Under the pieces are notes generated by a model, which saw nothing but the letters and a program-made list of their open reading frames with translations, was not told the DNA's origin and searched no databases. Source: Gammaproteobacteria bacterium (GTDB lineage Bacteria > Pseudomonadota > Gammaproteobacteria > Eutrophobiales > Eutrophobiaceae). From it: a stretch of 64,000 nucleotides of DNA. This document shows, piece after piece, positions 62,174 through 64,000 of this stretch. The position numbers and the translations under genes are program-made. The stretch is from contig CBDCTH010000012.1 in the NCBI GenBank assembly GCA_965222155.1, positions 1,248,001 through 1,312,000 on the forward strand, read 5' to 3'. How positions within the stretch are numbered: position 1 is the stretch's first letter; each line of letters opens with the position of its first letter.

Positions 62174-62998
62174 GTGAGGTTACGCAGTAAGGAGATCAAT
62201 GTCTTCAACATGTCCGCGCTGGACCTGTTTGCCTCCGCGCTGGGCGCTTTTATCCTGATCTCCGTTGTCCTGTTTCCCTATTTCCCCAATACGGGCGATT
62301 CACAGGAGCGCGTGGATGATGTCAAGGCGCAGTTGGAACAGGCCAATGCCGAGCTGGAGGAAACCAGCGCGGAACTGGAACAGACCAGCACCGAACTGGA
62401 AGAAGTCCGTGCGCAATTGAACCCCAACCTTCAACAGGAACTGCAGGCCGTGCGGGGACAACTCGGTTCCTGTGAGACCGAGCGCCGGGAAGCACAGGCC
62501 GCCCTCAATTCCTGCCAGACAGAGCAGCGACAGGCCGCATCGATGAATTCAGCTCTCGGCGCCTGCGAGAGCCGCAACCAGCAGATGCAGCAGGAACTTC
62601 AATCGTGTGAAACACAACTGCGCAAGAAATTCGTACTGGTCGTGATCAGCTGGGGTACGCCGGATGACATTGATCTGCACGTGACCGACCCGGCCGGGCG
62701 GGAGTTCTTTTTCGGGCGCAAATACCACTCCGGTTCCCTGGCGAAACTGGAAGAGGACAACACCCGCGGCCCCGGCAACGAAATCTGGCTACACCCGGCC
62801 GCGGAGCCCGGCAGGTACCAGGTGCACTATAAATATTTTAGGGGATCGGGCGACAGTGTATCGGTACGTGGCGCGGTGCTGACGCCGCGCGGCAGGACGG
62901 AGTTACCGGGAACGACCTTGAGGTACGTCGACGACAAGCCCCTGGTTGCTACCGTTATAGTCGATGATGAGGGCTACGCCGAAGTAATAGCGAGGTAG
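62174..62998 (+). CDS. ExbD/MotB-like membrane anchor, coiled coil and YfaP/DUF2135-like domain
   Basis: N-terminal MSALDLFASALGAFILI with an Asp in the TM helix; ISW...DIDLHVTDP.G and D.T.GPG.E. Confidence 0.7.
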   Translation: MRLRSKEINVFNMSALDLFASALGAFILISVVLFPYFPNTGDSQERVDDVKAQLEQANAELEETSAELEQTSTELEEVRAQLNPNLQQELQAVRGQLGSCETERREAQAALNSCQTEQRQAASMNSALGACESRNQQMQQELQSCETQLRKKFVLVVISWGTPDDIDLHVTDPAGREFFFGRKYHSGSLAKLEEDNTRGPGNEIWLHPAAEPGRYQVHYKYFRGSGDSVSVRGAVLTPRGRTELPGTTLRYVDDKPLVATVIVDDEGYAEVIAR

Positions 62999-63023
62999 TG
63001 ATAGTGCCGGGAATTCTTCCGCA

Positions 63024-63053
63024 TTGACACGGCTTCGCTGGCCGTCTTACAAT
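63024..63053 (+). promoter_or_regulatory. Sigma70 promoter of kinase 3
   Basis: TTGACA-N18-TACAAT. Confidence 0.75.
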
Positions 63054-63093
63054 CCATAACCACCCGAGCGCCATAACCGGAGACTGACATCCC

Positions 63094-64000
63094 ATGACCA
63101 TCGACCACCTGCATGCCTTGCCCCTTGGCACGCATCTTGAGGAATTCAGACTGGATGCGCAGTTGGGCGCCGGGGGGTTCGGGATTACCTACCGGGCGCA
63201 TGATGAACTCCTGGACAAGGTGGTGGCCATCAAGGAATACCTCCCGAGGGATTTTGCCACCCGCACTGCCGGCAACACGGTGGCGCCCATATCCGATGCA
63301 GATGCAAGGGACTATCAATGGGGCTTGACCCGGTTTCTGGACGAGGCCCGCACCCTGGCCCGTTTTAAGCACCCGCACCTGAATCAGGTCTATCGTTTCT
63401 TTGAGTCCAACGGCACGGCCTACATGGTGCTGGAGTACGTTCACGGTGAGACGCTGGCAGACCGGTTGAGCAGGGAGCCATTTTTAGAAGAAGCGGACTT
63501 ACAACGTGTGCTTGATGAAGTTTTGTCAGGTCTGGGAGTCATGCACGAGGCCGGTTACGTCCACCGGGACATCAAGCCGGGCAATCTGATGTTGCGCGAG
63601 GAGGACGGGAGTGCTGTGGTGCTGGATTTCGGTGCCGCCCGTCAGGCGGTGGGGCAGCGTTCCAAGCCTATTACCAGCATCTTAACCCCGGGGTATGCCC
63701 CGGTGGAGCAGTATGACGGCAAGGTAGACCGCGTCGGCGCCTGGACGGACATTTATGCATTAGGGATGGTGGCGTACCGCTGTATCAGTGGGCTGGGGGA
63801 TAGTGAGTTACCCGATGCAGTGGCGCGGATGCTGGCGCACACCAGGAGAGAAGCAGTATTACTCCCTGCCATAGAGGCAGGTAAGGGCAGATACAGTCCC
63901 AAGCTGTTGGAAGCGATAGATTGGGCGATGGAAGTGAACGAACATGACCGGCCGCAGAGTGTGGACGCATGGCGTCAAGCCCTGACCGGGGGCACTCGCA
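63094..64000 (+). CDS. Ser/Thr kinase paralog 3, partial (runs off the window; absent from the ORF track)
   Basis: MTIDHLHALPLGTHLEEFRLDAQLGAGGFGITY...VAIKEY...HRDIKPGN...DFG; no stop codon seen by eye. Confidence 0.92.
   Translation, partial: MTIDHLHALPLGTHLEEFRLDAQLGAGGFGITYRAHDELLDKVVAIKEYLPRDFATRTAGNTVAPISDADARDYQWGLTRFLDEARTLARFKHPHLNQVYRFFESNGTAYMVLEYVHGETLADRLSREPFLEEADLQRVLDEVLSGLGVMHEAGYVHRDIKPGNLMLREEDGSAVVLDFGAARQAVGQRSKPITSILTPGYAPVEQYDGKVDRVGAWTDIYALGMVAYRCISGLGDSELPDAVARMLAHTRREAVLLPAIEAGKGRYSPKLLEAIDWAMEVNEHDRPQSVDAWRQALTGGTR

Noticed and set aside
55795-62998. Type VI secretion or canonical Zorya locus
   Set aside because: No Tss, Hcp or VgrG genes, no OmpA-type ZorB domain and no ZorC/D/E genes are visible in the window.

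Overview
This is gammaproteobacterial-type chromosome sequence in two halves. 1-33.2 kb is mostly core or metabolic genes (sdhCDA, ubiG-gph, cfa, avtA, TRAP plus Rieske dioxygenase, ftsK-lolA-rarA-serS, pntAB, yccA, tRNA-Ser), scattered with MITEs, REP-like repeats and disabled addiction modules. 33.2-64 kb is accessory and holds two stand-out systems. (1) Three elements with terminal inverted repeats sit in tandem at the 3' end of tRNA-Ser(TGA), separated by copies of the last 10 bases of the tRNA. They are associated with a Zn-finger/DDE-like protein rather than an integrase, and carry AbiE and HipBA toxin-antitoxin cargo. (2) A cluster of paralogous receptor-like Ser/Thr kinases (kinase, TM helix, helical stalk, FGE-sulfatase/C-type-lectin domain). 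The two complete copies are identical for 566 bp and then differ at 23 sites in 94 bp, with the codon pattern expected of diversity-generating retroelement (DGR) variable regions. They sit beside an operon of FHA proteins, a PP2C phosphatase, a dead trypsin-like receptor and a MotA/ExbB-type channel pair. No DGR reverse transcriptase or template repeat was seen in the window. All alignments and counts were done by eye and no database searches were run.
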